The notes beneath the pieces are model-generated. The model saw nothing but the letters and a program-made list of their open reading frames with translations. It searched no databases and was not told the origin of the DNA. The translations under genes and the position numbers were made by a program. Source: a virus (taxonomy: Duplodnaviria > Heunggongvirae > Uroviricota > Caudoviricetes). From it: DNA of 14,152 nt. Location: positions 1 through 14,152 of IMG/VR virus record IMGVR_UViG_648276651_000001. The stretch is one strand, 5' to 3'. This document shows positions 1-7,311 of this stretch, one piece after another. Numbering within the stretch: the first letter of the stretch is position 1; the number at the start of each line of letters is the position of its first letter.

Positions 1-6
1 ATTGAG

Positions 7-306
7 ATGTTGCGGGCGCAGTGTCGGATCGATATTGACGATGCAACCGAAGATGAACTGCTGACGCTGTATTTCACAGCTGCTCGGCGTCGCGCAGAGA
101 ACTTCATTAATCGGAAACTGTATGAAGACTCTGTGCCTGATACCGATCCAGACGGGTTAAACATTGCTGACGATATCCTCCTGGCGCTGATGCTTCTTGT
201 TGGGCATTGGTTCAACAGCAGGGAAGAAGCTTCCGATGTAAATAAAATGAGCATTCCCTTCGGCTTCACTTCGTTGCTTGAACCCTACCGATATATCCCA
301 CTTTGA
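7..306 (+). CDS. Head-tail connector (gp6-like) protein; 5' end may extend beyond the window
   Basis: 99-aa ORF beginning MLRAQCRIDIDDATEDELLTLYFTAARRRAENF, which resembles the N-terminal region of gp6-like head-tail connector proteins. The frame is open to position 1 (codons ATT GAG precede the ATG), so the true start may be upstream. Position directly before the head-closure gene fits. Confidence 0.55.
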   Translation: MLRAQCRIDIDDATEDELLTLYFTAARRRAENFINRKLYEDSVPDTDPDGLNIADDILLALMLLVGHWFNSREEASDVNKMSIPFGFTSLLEPYRYIPL

Positions 307-375
307 GGTGATTTATGGCCTGTGAAGGGTGTCTCCGTCGGCGTGAGTGGTTAAAAAAGTGGACGAAAATAGCCT

Positions 376-573
376 ATGAACGAGCAACTGGTAAACGCGC
401 TGATAGCAGCGCTGAGAGAACAAACAACAGCACAGCGAGAGCAGACGGAAGCGATAAACCGCCTGGCTGAGTCTAACGTCGCCCTGTCCGATGTGATTAT
501 CCAGTCGCTTGCCGGCGATCTCGATGAGGCGCCAGAGCAGCAAACCTATCTGAGCGGGAAACCCGGGGGGTGA
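376..573 (+). CDS. Small hypothetical phage protein (65 aa), predicted helical
   Basis: ORF whose stop (571-573) sits 1 nt before the ATG of the next gene at 575, suggesting coupling. No recognisable family. A competing 51-aa ORF (315-470, other frame) has a better Shine-Dalgarno, so the call is uncertain. Confidence 0.35.
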   Translation: MNEQLVNALIAALREQTTAQREQTEAINRLAESNVALSDVIIQSLAGDLDEAPEQQTYLSGKPGG

Positions 574-574
574 T

Positions 575-907
575 ATGCAGGCCGGAAAATTGCGTCACAG
601 GATCACCCTGCAGGAACCGGTCAAAGAACAGAACCCGACAACGGGAGCCGTAATTAATACCTGGCGCGATGTCGCAACCCTTTGGGCCGAAGTCGCTCCT
701 TTATCCGCACGTGAGTTTATCGCCGCCCAGGCCTCTCAGGGCGAAGTTACCACCCGGATAACGATTCGTTACCGTGAGGGTGTTACCCGCAAACATCGGA
801 TCCTGTTTCGTAGCCGCATCTACAACATTGAGGGCGTTTTACCTGACCCCCGGAGCGGCAGGGAATACCTGACACTGCCGTGTTCAGAGGGGGCTAACGA
901 TGGCTGA
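575..907 (+). CDS. Phage head closure / head-tail adaptor protein (Phage_H_T_join-like)
   Basis: 110-aa protein with LRHRITLQ ... WAEV ... TTRITIRYREGVT ... RIYNIEG, matching the conserved pattern of head-tail joining proteins. GGGGG Shine-Dalgarno upstream. Its stop overlaps the next gene start. Confidence 0.7.
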   Translation: MQAGKLRHRITLQEPVKEQNPTTGAVINTWRDVATLWAEVAPLSAREFIAAQASQGEVTTRITIRYREGVTRKHRILFRSRIYNIEGVLPDPRSGREYLTLPCSEGANDG

Positions 908-1439
908 TGGCGTGGAAGTAAACCTGACCGGCCTTGATTCCGTCCTGGGGAAACTGGATGCCGTCTCACAGGTCACTCGCGATAAATCCGGTCGTGCAGC
1001 GCTGCGTAAAGCGGCAAACGTCATCAGGGACAGAGCGCGCAATAATGCCGCGCGGGTTGATGATCCTCTCACCAAAGAGGCTATCTACAAAAACATTGTG
1101 GTCAGTTTCAGCAGCAAGGCATTTCGCAGAACCGGCGATCCAACGTTTCGTGTCGGGGTGATGGGCGGCGCCAGGCAATACGCCAATACAAAGGCCAACG
1201 TCCGAAAAGGCAGGGCGGGTAAAAGTTTTAACACTGCCGGAGATAAAGGTAATCCCGGCGGGGATACCTGGTACTGGCGATTCCTGGAGTTCGGCACAGA
1301 ACATGCTGCAGCGAGGCCAATAATTAGGCCTGCACTGAATGGGGTCGATGCCGATGTGATTAACGTTTTTGCTTTGGAGCTGGAAAAGTCCATCGATCGC
1401 GCTGTACGACGGGCGGCTAAAAAAGGAACTCCGGTATGA
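900..1439 (+). CDS. HK97 gp10-family phage protein (tail component)
   Basis: 179-aa protein containing WRFLEFGTEHAAARPIIRPAL, consistent with the EFGT...RPF.RPA signature of the HK97 gp10 family. GAGGGGG Shine-Dalgarno 5 nt upstream of the ATG at 900; 8-nt overlap with the previous gene. Confidence 0.65.
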   Translation: MADGVEVNLTGLDSVLGKLDAVSQVTRDKSGRAALRKAANVIRDRARNNAARVDDPLTKEAIYKNIVVSFSSKAFRRTGDPTFRVGVMGGARQYANTKANVRKGRAGKSFNTAGDKGNPGGDTWYWRFLEFGTEHAAARPIIRPALNGVDADVINVFALELEKSIDRAVRRAAKKGTPV

Positions 1440-1801
1440 TTGCTCCAATATTTGCAGTTTGCGCAGCCAGCCAGGCAGTCAGGGATTTGTTAGGTTCTAC
1501 TCCCGTGCGGCTTTATCCGTTCGGTATGCAGGACGACAATATCGTTTATCCCTACGCAGTCTGGCAAAACGTAGGTGGCTTCCCTGAAAATTATCTAAAC
1601 CAGCGGCCAGATGCAGATCACTATTCTCTGCAGGTTGATGTCTATGGTGATACTGACACCGACGTGATCGCCGTTGCCCGTGCTTTACGCGACGCAATTG
1701 AGGGCAAGGCCTATATCACCCGATGGGGTGAACAAAGCCGCGATCCTGAAACAATGCGATACCGCTATTCCTTCGATGTTGACTGGATAACGACCAGATA
1801 A
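1436..1801 (+). CDS. Tail completion / tail terminator-like protein (DUF3168-like)
   Basis: 121-aa ORF with ATGA overlap to the gp10-like gene, immediately upstream of the major tail gene. Size and position fit a gp11/DUF3168-type protein. Assignment is by synteny plus weak recollection of the family. Confidence 0.5.
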   Translation: MIAPIFAVCAASQAVRDLLGSTPVRLYPFGMQDDNIVYPYAVWQNVGGFPENYLNQRPDADHYSLQVDVYGDTDTDVIAVARALRDAIEGKAYITRWGEQSRDPETMRYRYSFDVDWITTR

Positions 1802-1817
1802 CCAACAACCACAAACT

Positions 1818-1844
1818 GACCCGCCTTGTGCGGGTTTTTCTTTT
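1818..1844 (+). terminator. Hairpin plus T-tract (intrinsic terminator-like) upstream of the major tail gene
   Basis: Stem CCCGC (1820-1824), loop CTTGT, stem GCGGG (1830-1834), followed by TTTTTCTTTT (1835-1844). Confidence 0.5.
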
Positions 1845-1857
1845 ATGGAGACAAAAC

Positions 1858-2349
1858 ATGTCTGTATTAACGCAAGGCACGCAGTTTTTTGTGCTCAAGT
1901 CTGGCGTGGTCAGCGAGGTTGAATGCATCACCAGTTTCAACCCCGGCGGGAACCCTGCCGATCAGATTGAAGATACCTGTCTGAGTGAACGGGATTCCAG
2001 AACCTACAAAAAGGGGCTTAAAACGCCTGCGGCCGCAACCGTCGGGCTTAACGCTGATCCGACGAACGCCAGCCACATTATGTTGCATGGCCTCGCTGAA
2101 GCGAATGACCAGACGCCGTTAACTTTTGCGGTTGGCTGGTCAGATGGAACCAGTGTCCCGACAGCCGCCGCTCCTGGCGCTGAGGATGCTGTTGATGGCC
2201 TGGTGCTGCCATCGGATCGCACCTGGTTCATTTTCCAGGGTTACGTTTCTGACTTCCCGTTTGATTTTCAGGGTAACGCTGTTGTGACGACCTCCGCCAC
2301 GATCCAGCGGTCTGGCTCTTCCGTATGGGTGCCTAAGGCCGCAGCGTAA
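1858..2349 (+). CDS. Major tail (tail tube) protein
   Basis: 163-aa ORF starting at ATG 1858 (GGAG at 1848-1851), not at the track start 1828, which overlaps the hairpin. Position after the tail completion gene and before the chaperone pair; flanked by two hairpin terminators, as is typical for the most abundant tail component. Confidence 0.7.
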   Translation: MSVLTQGTQFFVLKSGVVSEVECITSFNPGGNPADQIEDTCLSERDSRTYKKGLKTPAAATVGLNADPTNASHIMLHGLAEANDQTPLTFAVGWSDGTSVPTAAAPGAEDAVDGLVLPSDRTWFIFQGYVSDFPFDFQGNAVVTTSATIQRSGSSVWVPKAAA

Positions 2350-2356
2350 TTAATAT

Positions 2357-2381
2357 GCCCGGTTATCCGGGCTTTTCTATT
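2357..2381 (+). terminator. Intrinsic terminator downstream of the major tail gene
   Basis: Stem GCCCGG (2357-2362), loop TTAT, stem CCGGGC (2367-2372), then TTTTCTATT. AGGAG Shine-Dalgarno of the next gene follows. Confidence 0.6.
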
Positions 2382-2392
2382 CAGGAGCTGAA

Positions 2393-2746
2393 ATGCAACT
2401 TACTCTCGATACGTTAAAAGAAACCGGTGCTTTTACCGGGCGTCCCGTGGAAAAAGAAATTAAGTGGAAAGGCCGTGACGGGAAAGAGCATATCGCAACC
2501 GTCTATGTGCGCCCGATGGGCTACCACACCACTAAAGCTGAACTGCTGGCGTATAACGGGAAATCGGACCCGATTGCTGAGCGCATTGCGGCGCATATTT
2601 GCGATCAGGACGGCGCCCCAGTGTTTACCGCGGCTGACATTCTTGGGACTGCTACCCCGGATCGTGGGGCGCTGGACGGACCGATTGTTATGGCCCTCCT
2701 GGCTGCAATTCATGATGTAAACGAACTGGGAAAGACTACGAGCTAA
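2393..2746 (+). CDS. Tail assembly chaperone (lambda gpG analogue)
   Basis: 117-aa ORF directly after the major tail gene. Contains the slippery heptamer G GGA AAG four codons before its stop, with an overlapping -1 frame continuing for about 100 codons. Confidence 0.7.
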   Translation: MQLTLDTLKETGAFTGRPVEKEIKWKGRDGKEHIATVYVRPMGYHTTKAELLAYNGKSDPIAERIAAHICDQDGAPVFTAADILGTATPDRGALDGPIVMALLAAIHDVNELGKTTS

Positions 2747-3042
2747 CCGGCGAGGATGAATTCTGGTGCGAACTGGTGATGAACGGCATCGGCGGCCGCA
2801 CCATTGCAGAGGCTCAGGAGCGGATGAGTCGCAGGGAATTTCTGGTTTGGCTCAAGTACCGTGAGAAGTACGGACCGCTCAATATCATGATGCGTACTGA
2901 GTGGGGGGCTTCGCTGGTGGCTTCTGTCCTGGCTAACATCAATAAGGCAAAAAACACGCCGCCGTTCAAGGTAAGTGACTTTGCACCGCACATCAACGAA
3001 GCGCCATTATCTCTGGAAGAAGCTATGAAAAGTTGGCATTGA
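2393..3042 (+). CDS. Tail assembly chaperone fusion (gpGT analogue) made by -1 frameshift at 2728-2734
   Basis: Joining the G-like frame up to the slippery site with the -1 frame gives about 216 aa. The extension (…DYELTGEDEFWCELVMNGIGG…SRREFLVWLKYREKYGPLNIMMRTEW…) has the aromatic-rich character of lambda T / DUF4035-type domains. The track ORF 2776-3042 starts at a GTG inside this extension and has no Shine-Dalgarno of its own. Confidence 0.65.
2728..2734 (+). promoter_or_regulatory. Programmed -1 ribosomal frameshift slippery site (G GGA AAG)
   Basis: In the G-like frame the codons are CTG GGA AAG (2726-2734), an X XXY YYZ heptamer identical to the lambda G/GT site. The -1 frame is open from 2716 (after TGA at 2713-2715) to the stop at 3040-3042. 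Confidence 0.75.
2913..2920 (+). other. Chi site (5'-GCTGGTGG-3')
   Basis: Exact octamer on the + strand. Confidence 0.6.
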
Positions 3043-3098
3043 TATCATTTATTTGGTTATATTCTCTCTGGGATGATTATATTGATACCGAGGGGATT

Positions 3099-3470
3099 AT
3101 GATAAAGAAAGCAGCTGTTGTTTTTACTGTAATGTTTTTAGGTGGCTGCGTTAGTGCGCCAGATAAGGCGGAGCTAAGCCGCGCCGATTATGGGAAGTTA
3201 CCTGATAATTATCAGGAAATAATTAAAAATAGTATGTCGGCGCGCCTTAAGGACCCTTATTCTGCACGATATGATTTCAATGAACCTTTCAAAGGCTGGT
3301 GCAAATCAGGATTTACAACTTATTACGGATGGTTAGTTCCTTTTACTCTTAACGCTAAAAACAGTTATGGCGGTTATGTTGGTAATAAGTCTTATCTGTA
3401 TCTTGTTAATCAAAATAGCGCCACTGACTTTACTGCATCCTTCCAAATCGGTGGGTGCGGTAAAAGTTAA
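3099..3470 (+). CDS. Predicted lipoprotein (moron between chaperone and tape measure genes)
   Basis: ATG at 3099 preceded by GAGGGG. N-terminus MIKKAAVVFTVMFLGGC is a signal peptide with lipobox L-G-G-C; Val at +2 suggests outer-membrane sorting in enterics. Two further Cys in the mature part. Visibly AT-rich relative to neighbours and followed by its own terminator. Family not recognised. Confidence 0.6.
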   Translation: MIKKAAVVFTVMFLGGCVSAPDKAELSRADYGKLPDNYQEIIKNSMSARLKDPYSARYDFNEPFKGWCKSGFTTYYGWLVPFTLNAKNSYGGYVGNKSYLYLVNQNSATDFTASFQIGGCGKS

Positions 3471-3492
3471 ATTAGCTAAATCATAAAATAAA

Positions 3493-3517
3493 CCTCGCTC
3501 CTGCGGGGTTTTTTATT
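3493..3517 (+). terminator. Intrinsic terminator after the lipoprotein gene
   Basis: Stem CCTCGC (3493-3498), loop TCCT, stem GCGGGG (3503-3508; one G-U pair), then TTTTTTATT. Confidence 0.55.
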
Positions 3518-3533
3518 GCCTGGAGAAAATTCA

Positions 3534-5969
3534 ATGGCTGGCAAGTCCCTTGGTACGTTAACAATCGACCTGATCGCAAAAGTGGGTGGATTTGTTCAGG
3601 GTATGGACAAAGCCGAAAGATCTTCTCAAAAGTGGCGTGACCAAGTAAAAAAGGATGCTAAAGAGGTTAGTTCTTCAATCATTGCTGTGGGTGCTGCGGC
3701 GGCTACAGCAGCTGTTGGCATTGGTGCTGCTGGGTTAGCCATAGTTAAAAATACTGCACAGCAGGTTACAGAAGCTGATCGCTGGGCAAAATCTCTTAAA
3801 ATGTCCACCCAGGATTTGTTATCCTGGCAATACGCTGCTGAACAAGCCGGTTTAACCGGTGACAACATAGCCGATATTTTCAAAGACATTAATGATAAGG
3901 TCGGTGATGCGGTCCTGAATAAATCAGGTGAGGCAGCTCAGGCGCTGGATACTTTGGGGCTTTCAGCTCAGAAGCTGGCTCAGCAATCCCCAGACAAGCA
4001 GCTGATGGCAATCAGTGAAGCATTACAGAAAATCCCCACTCAGGCCGGGAAAACAAATATTCTCGAAAGCCTGGGTAATGACCTGTCAAAAATGCTGCCG
4101 TTGTTCGACAACAACAACGAGAAGCTGAAACAGTTTATCCAGCTATCAAAAGATTTTGGTGTCGCACCACCGCAAGAAGATATTGATAACCTTGTTAAGG
4201 TTAATCAGTTCTTTCAGGATATAGAGACTAGCGCCCGCGGTCTTAAAATGGAAATTGCTTCGGGGCTGGCTAAGGTTGACCTTACACCATTGCAGGATGG
4301 GCTTGATGACATTCGTGACGTCTTCACCGATCCTGCTGTTCTTCAGGGGCTATCAGACCTGGTTGGTGAAGCCATAAGCCTTGCCGGGGTTGTGGGACGT
4401 ATTGCTGGTGGCTTGGGGGCCATTGCTACTTATACCCGCTCGCGTATAGGTGCTGTATCTGGTAATTATAATGCTGCTGATGAAAGTGATATTGCACAGA
4501 GAATTGAATTCCTTAACAAACGAGGGAATCAAAGTAAGGAGCAAAAAGACGAATTAGAATTTTTAACTAAACGTCTTCAATTTCTTCGCGCGATAAAATC
4601 AAGCATGACTCCGGAGCAGGTAGATAGAGGAGCGAAAGGGCTCTCGTCTCTACTTTCTGATCTTGGCATTGATACGTCTAAAGATAATGATTTTTCGTTG
4701 GGCAAAGGGGAGTCTAACCAGAATCAGCCAAAAACAAAACCAAAAAGCAATCCGACTGACAATGCTTTTAAAAATCGACTTCTTGACTTACAAAAGCAAG
4801 CTGCACTTATTGAAACAACAGGCAAAAAAACAGCTGAAGTTACAGAGCTTGAAAAAATAAACTTCGATATAAGCAGTGGTAATCTAAAAAAACTTTCCGA
4901 AGGTCAAAAAGACCAGTTGCGAACAGCTGCAAAGTTTCTTGATTCTAAGAAGGAAGAACTTCGTCTTAATCAGGAAAATGCGAAAGTTGCCGAGTACGTT
5001 TCAGGTCTTGAAAGGCAGAATAAATTAATTAAGCAGGGATATGATAGTGAATTTATTGGGCGTTATTCTGGAGATCGGGAACGTAGCCGGATGCAAGAAC
5101 GCAACAGTATTCAGCAGGAGTATGAAGGGAATCGCGAGGATTTATTAAAGCAATACCAATCTGGTGATATTTCTAAAAGTCTTTATGACGCTGAAACTGA
5201 AGCTTTGCAAGATGCACTGAATAAGAGGTTAGAAATTCAAAATGATTATTATAAGCAACAGGATGAATTACAGAATGATTACAGTGCTGGGTTAATTTCT
5301 GGTTTTGCTGCACAGGCTACTGCTGCGATGGATTTGTACTCCACAATGCAGCAAGTTGGGGCGCAAACATTCAGCAGCATGACCGACATGATTATAACTT
5401 GGGCAGAAACTGGAAAGTTGAACGCTCAAGATTTTGCAGCGACCTTTATACAGTCTGTAGGTGCGGCAATGCTGCAATATGCCGCTGCTCAGGTAGCAAT
5501 GGCGGCGCTTAATGCCTTCACTCAATGGATAGGTGTTCCTTACGTTGGCCCGGCGGTGGCTCCGGCTCAAGCAATTGCAGCAGCTGCAGCAGCTGGCGTA
5601 TTCATGACGGCGATCGGGTCGGCATTGCACGGCCAGGCTCACGACGGTATCGACTCTGTGCCTGAAACAGGAACTTGGCTCCTGCAGAAAGGTGAGCGCG
5701 TTACGACAGCTAAAACCAGCGCCAAACTTGACGCCACTCTGGATCGAGTTGCAAACCAGTCAACAGGCGGCGGCGCGATTTATTCACCCACAATCAATAT
5801 CCCCATAAATGGTAACCCTTCCGATGCGACAGTAGCCCTCGTGCGCAAAGCCGCTGCTGAAGGTGCTGAGCGCGGCTACCGAAAAGCTGTCAACTCGGTG
5901 ACTACTGGGCAAGGTGATCTACACAGGGCACTTATGGTGAAAACCAACTCGGGGAGGAAAATTCGCTGA
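3534..5969 (+). CDS. Tail tape measure protein
   Basis: 811-aa ORF starting at ATG 3534 (GGAG at 3522-3525), not the TTG at 3516. Ala/Gly-rich N-terminal segment, long coiled-coil middle and hydrophobic Ala-rich C-terminal part are typical of lambda-family tape measure proteins. Stop overlaps the next start (TGATG). Confidence 0.85.
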   Translation: MAGKSLGTLTIDLIAKVGGFVQGMDKAERSSQKWRDQVKKDAKEVSSSIIAVGAAAATAAVGIGAAGLAIVKNTAQQVTEADRWAKSLKMSTQDLLSWQYAAEQAGLTGDNIADIFKDINDKVGDAVLNKSGEAAQALDTLGLSAQKLAQQSPDKQLMAISEALQKIPTQAGKTNILESLGNDLSKMLPLFDNNNEKLKQFIQLSKDFGVAPPQEDIDNLVKVNQFFQDIETSARGLKMEIASGLAKVDLTPLQDGLDDIRDVFTDPAVLQGLSDLVGEAISLAGVVGRIAGGLGAIATYTRSRIGAVSGNYNAADESDIAQRIEFLNKRGNQSKEQKDELEFLTKRLQFLRAIKSSMTPEQVDRGAKGLSSLLSDLGIDTSKDNDFSLGKGESNQNQPKTKPKSNPTDNAFKNRLLDLQKQAALIETTGKKTAEVTELEKINFDISSGNLKKLSEGQKDQLRTAAKFLDSKKEELRLNQENAKVAEYVSGLERQNKLIKQGYDSEFIGRYSGDRERSRMQERNSIQQEYEGNREDLLKQYQSGDISKSLYDAETEALQDALNKRLEIQNDYYKQQDELQNDYSAGLISGFAAQATAAMDLYSTMQQVGAQTFSSMTDMIITWAETGKLNAQDFAATFIQSVGAAMLQYAAAQVAMAALNAFTQWIGVPYVGPAVAPAQAIAAAAAAGVFMTAIGSALHGQAHDGIDSVPETGTWLLQKGERVTTAKTSAKLDATLDRVANQSTGGGAIYSPTINIPINGNPSDATVALVRKAAAEGAERGYRKAVNSVTTGQGDLHRALMVKTNSGRKIR
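4404..4411 (+). other. Chi site (5'-GCTGGTGG-3')
   Basis: Exact octamer on the + strand. Confidence 0.6.
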
Positions 5970-6448
5970 TGGCTATCACCACGACACTTTACTACCCCGC
6001 TGATGTTCTCCCTGGGCCGTTGAAAGACGGCTTTGGAATGAAGCCGAAATCCCCGGTAAAAATCACCGAGCTCGTAACGGGGCGCAAAAGAATACGACGT
6101 GGCTATACCTCTGTTCCTACGGAAACAGATGTAGCCTGGATTTTTACTGACGCGCAGGCCCAGGCTTTTGAGGCATGGTACCGGGATGTTCTAAAAGACG
6201 GCAGCGCCTGGTTTAACATGCCGCTACTGACGCCAGTGGGCCAAAAAAATTACGTTTGCAGGTTTAACGATATTTATGAGGGGCCTACGCCTGAAGGAGG
6301 CTTGTACTGGCGGTATTCAGCATCCCTTGAGTTATGGGAACGGCCGCTGCCGGCGGTTGGCTGGGGAGAATATCCGGAGTGGATTGTGGGGAGTTCGTTA
6401 CTCGATATAGCTCTGAACAGGGAGTGGCCTAAGCATGACAGCGATTAA
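5969..6448 (+). CDS. Minor tail protein (first gene after tape measure; distal-tail/gpM-position analogue)
   Basis: 159-aa ORF coupled to the tape measure stop. Assigned by position only; no family motif recognised. Confidence 0.45.
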   Translation: MAITTTLYYPADVLPGPLKDGFGMKPKSPVKITELVTGRKRIRRGYTSVPTETDVAWIFTDAQAQAFEAWYRDVLKDGSAWFNMPLLTPVGQKNYVCRFNDIYEGPTPEGGLYWRYSASLELWERPLPAVGWGEYPEWIVGSSLLDIALNREWPKHDSD

Positions 6449-6917
6449 CCGCCTTTATGCGTCCTCCGGGTCGGAGGTCATCATTGGTACGTTGCAGATC
6501 GATATTGGCGGCCAGAAGCATTATCTGTGTGAGGGGTACGAGGACATTACGGCGGTTACCGAGAGGGGCGAAACCGTAACGTTTATTGCCTGTGCCATTG
6601 TCCTATCCCTTCCTGCCAGAAACGAAGACGGGACGCAGGACCTGAAGTTTATGCTGTGCAACGTCGACGGCGTTGTATCCACCGCTATACGCAAGGCCAT
6701 TGATGCCATGTCCACTGCCAGCATCACGTTCAGGAAATACATTTCCACTGACCTTACAGCGCCAGCGGAGCCGCCTTACGTCATGCCGGTTAAAGGAGGC
6801 TCCTGGACACCGCTGACTGTAAACGTCACTGCTGGTTTTAAAAATATGCTCGATTATGCCTGGCCACGTGACAGGTACACATTGACGTACTTCCAGGGTC
6901 TTCGTTACACACGATAG
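6435..6917 (+). CDS. Minor tail protein (possibly DUF1833-like)
   Basis: 160-aa ORF overlapping the previous gene by 14 nt; GGAG upstream. Synteny between the tape measure gene and an NlpC/P60-like gene matches tail-tip assembly genes. The DUF1833 guess comes from size and context only. Confidence 0.4.
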   Translation: MTAINRLYASSGSEVIIGTLQIDIGGQKHYLCEGYEDITAVTERGETVTFIACAIVLSLPARNEDGTQDLKFMLCNVDGVVSTAIRKAIDAMSTASITFRKYISTDLTAPAEPPYVMPVKGGSWTPLTVNVTAGFKNMLDYAWPRDRYTLTYFQGLRYTR

Positions 6918-6924
6918 GTATCCC

Positions 6925-7311
6925 ATGATCAACATTGATAAATACCTGACCGTCCGCTGGCAGATGGGCGGCCGCACTTTTCCTGTTCTCGACTGCTACG
7001 GCATTGTACATGAGGTCCGCCGGGACCTGGGGCTGCCTGAATGGCCCGCGTTTGAGGCTGTGATTAAAGAGCGTGGCAGCACTGAAATGGGGGAAGTCTG
7101 CGAGAGTTTTTCGCGTGACCTGACTCACTGCAAGCCGTGCAACGGTGCGGTTGCCGCCTGCTATATGGGAAATATGATCGGCCACCTTGGTGTTGTCGTC
7201 GAAATGGAGGGAGCGCTTTACGTTATTGAATGTAATCCCCGGCGCAACGTAACCATTCTTCCCCTGGCGCGTTTTGAACGCCAGTTTCTGAAAGTGGAGT
7301 ATTACCAGTGA
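6925..7311 (+). CDS. Tail-associated NlpC/P60 (C40) family peptidase-like protein (lambda gpK-domain analogue)
   Basis: 128-aa ORF with candidate catalytic Cys in LDCYGIV near the N-terminus and His in MIGHLGVVV, at the spacing expected for a minimal NlpC/P60 fold. GTGA overlap with the J-like gene. Confidence 0.5.
   Translation: MINIDKYLTVRWQMGGRTFPVLDCYGIVHEVRRDLGLPEWPAFEAVIKERGSTEMGEVCESFSRDLTHCKPCNGAVAACYMGNMIGHLGVVVEMEGALYVIECNPRRNVTILPLARFERQFLKVEYYQ

Noticed and set aside
966-1448. 160-aa minus-strand ORF (and 1085-1393) overlapping the gp10-like gene
   Set aside because: Antisense to a gene with a recognisable HK97 gp10 signature; no independent signals.
1828-1857. Track-proposed upstream start for the major tail gene
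   Set aside because: It would start inside the hairpin/T-tract. ATG 1858 has a properly spaced GGAG and gives a typical N-terminus (MSVLTQG…).
2427-2720. 97-aa + strand ORF in the third frame overlapping the chaperone gene
   Set aside because: Fully nested in an alternative frame of a supported gene; no start signals.
2776-3042. Independent 88-aa gene starting at GTG 2776
   Set aside because: No Shine-Dalgarno; the frame is open upstream to 2716 and overlaps the chaperone gene at a canonical slippery site, so it is better explained as the frameshift extension.
3033-3098. Track-proposed TTG start for the lipoprotein ORF
   Set aside because: It adds 22 non-signal-like residues before a textbook lipoprotein signal peptide. 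ATG 3099 with GAGGGG upstream is the credible start.
3516-3533. Track-proposed TTG start for the tape measure gene
   Set aside because: The TTG lies in the terminator T-tract. ATG 3534 has GGAG at the correct spacing.
5578-5600. Short tandem GCAGCAGCT repeat in the tape measure gene
   Set aside because: It simply encodes an Ala run typical of tape measure C-terminal regions; too short to be a meaningful repeat element.
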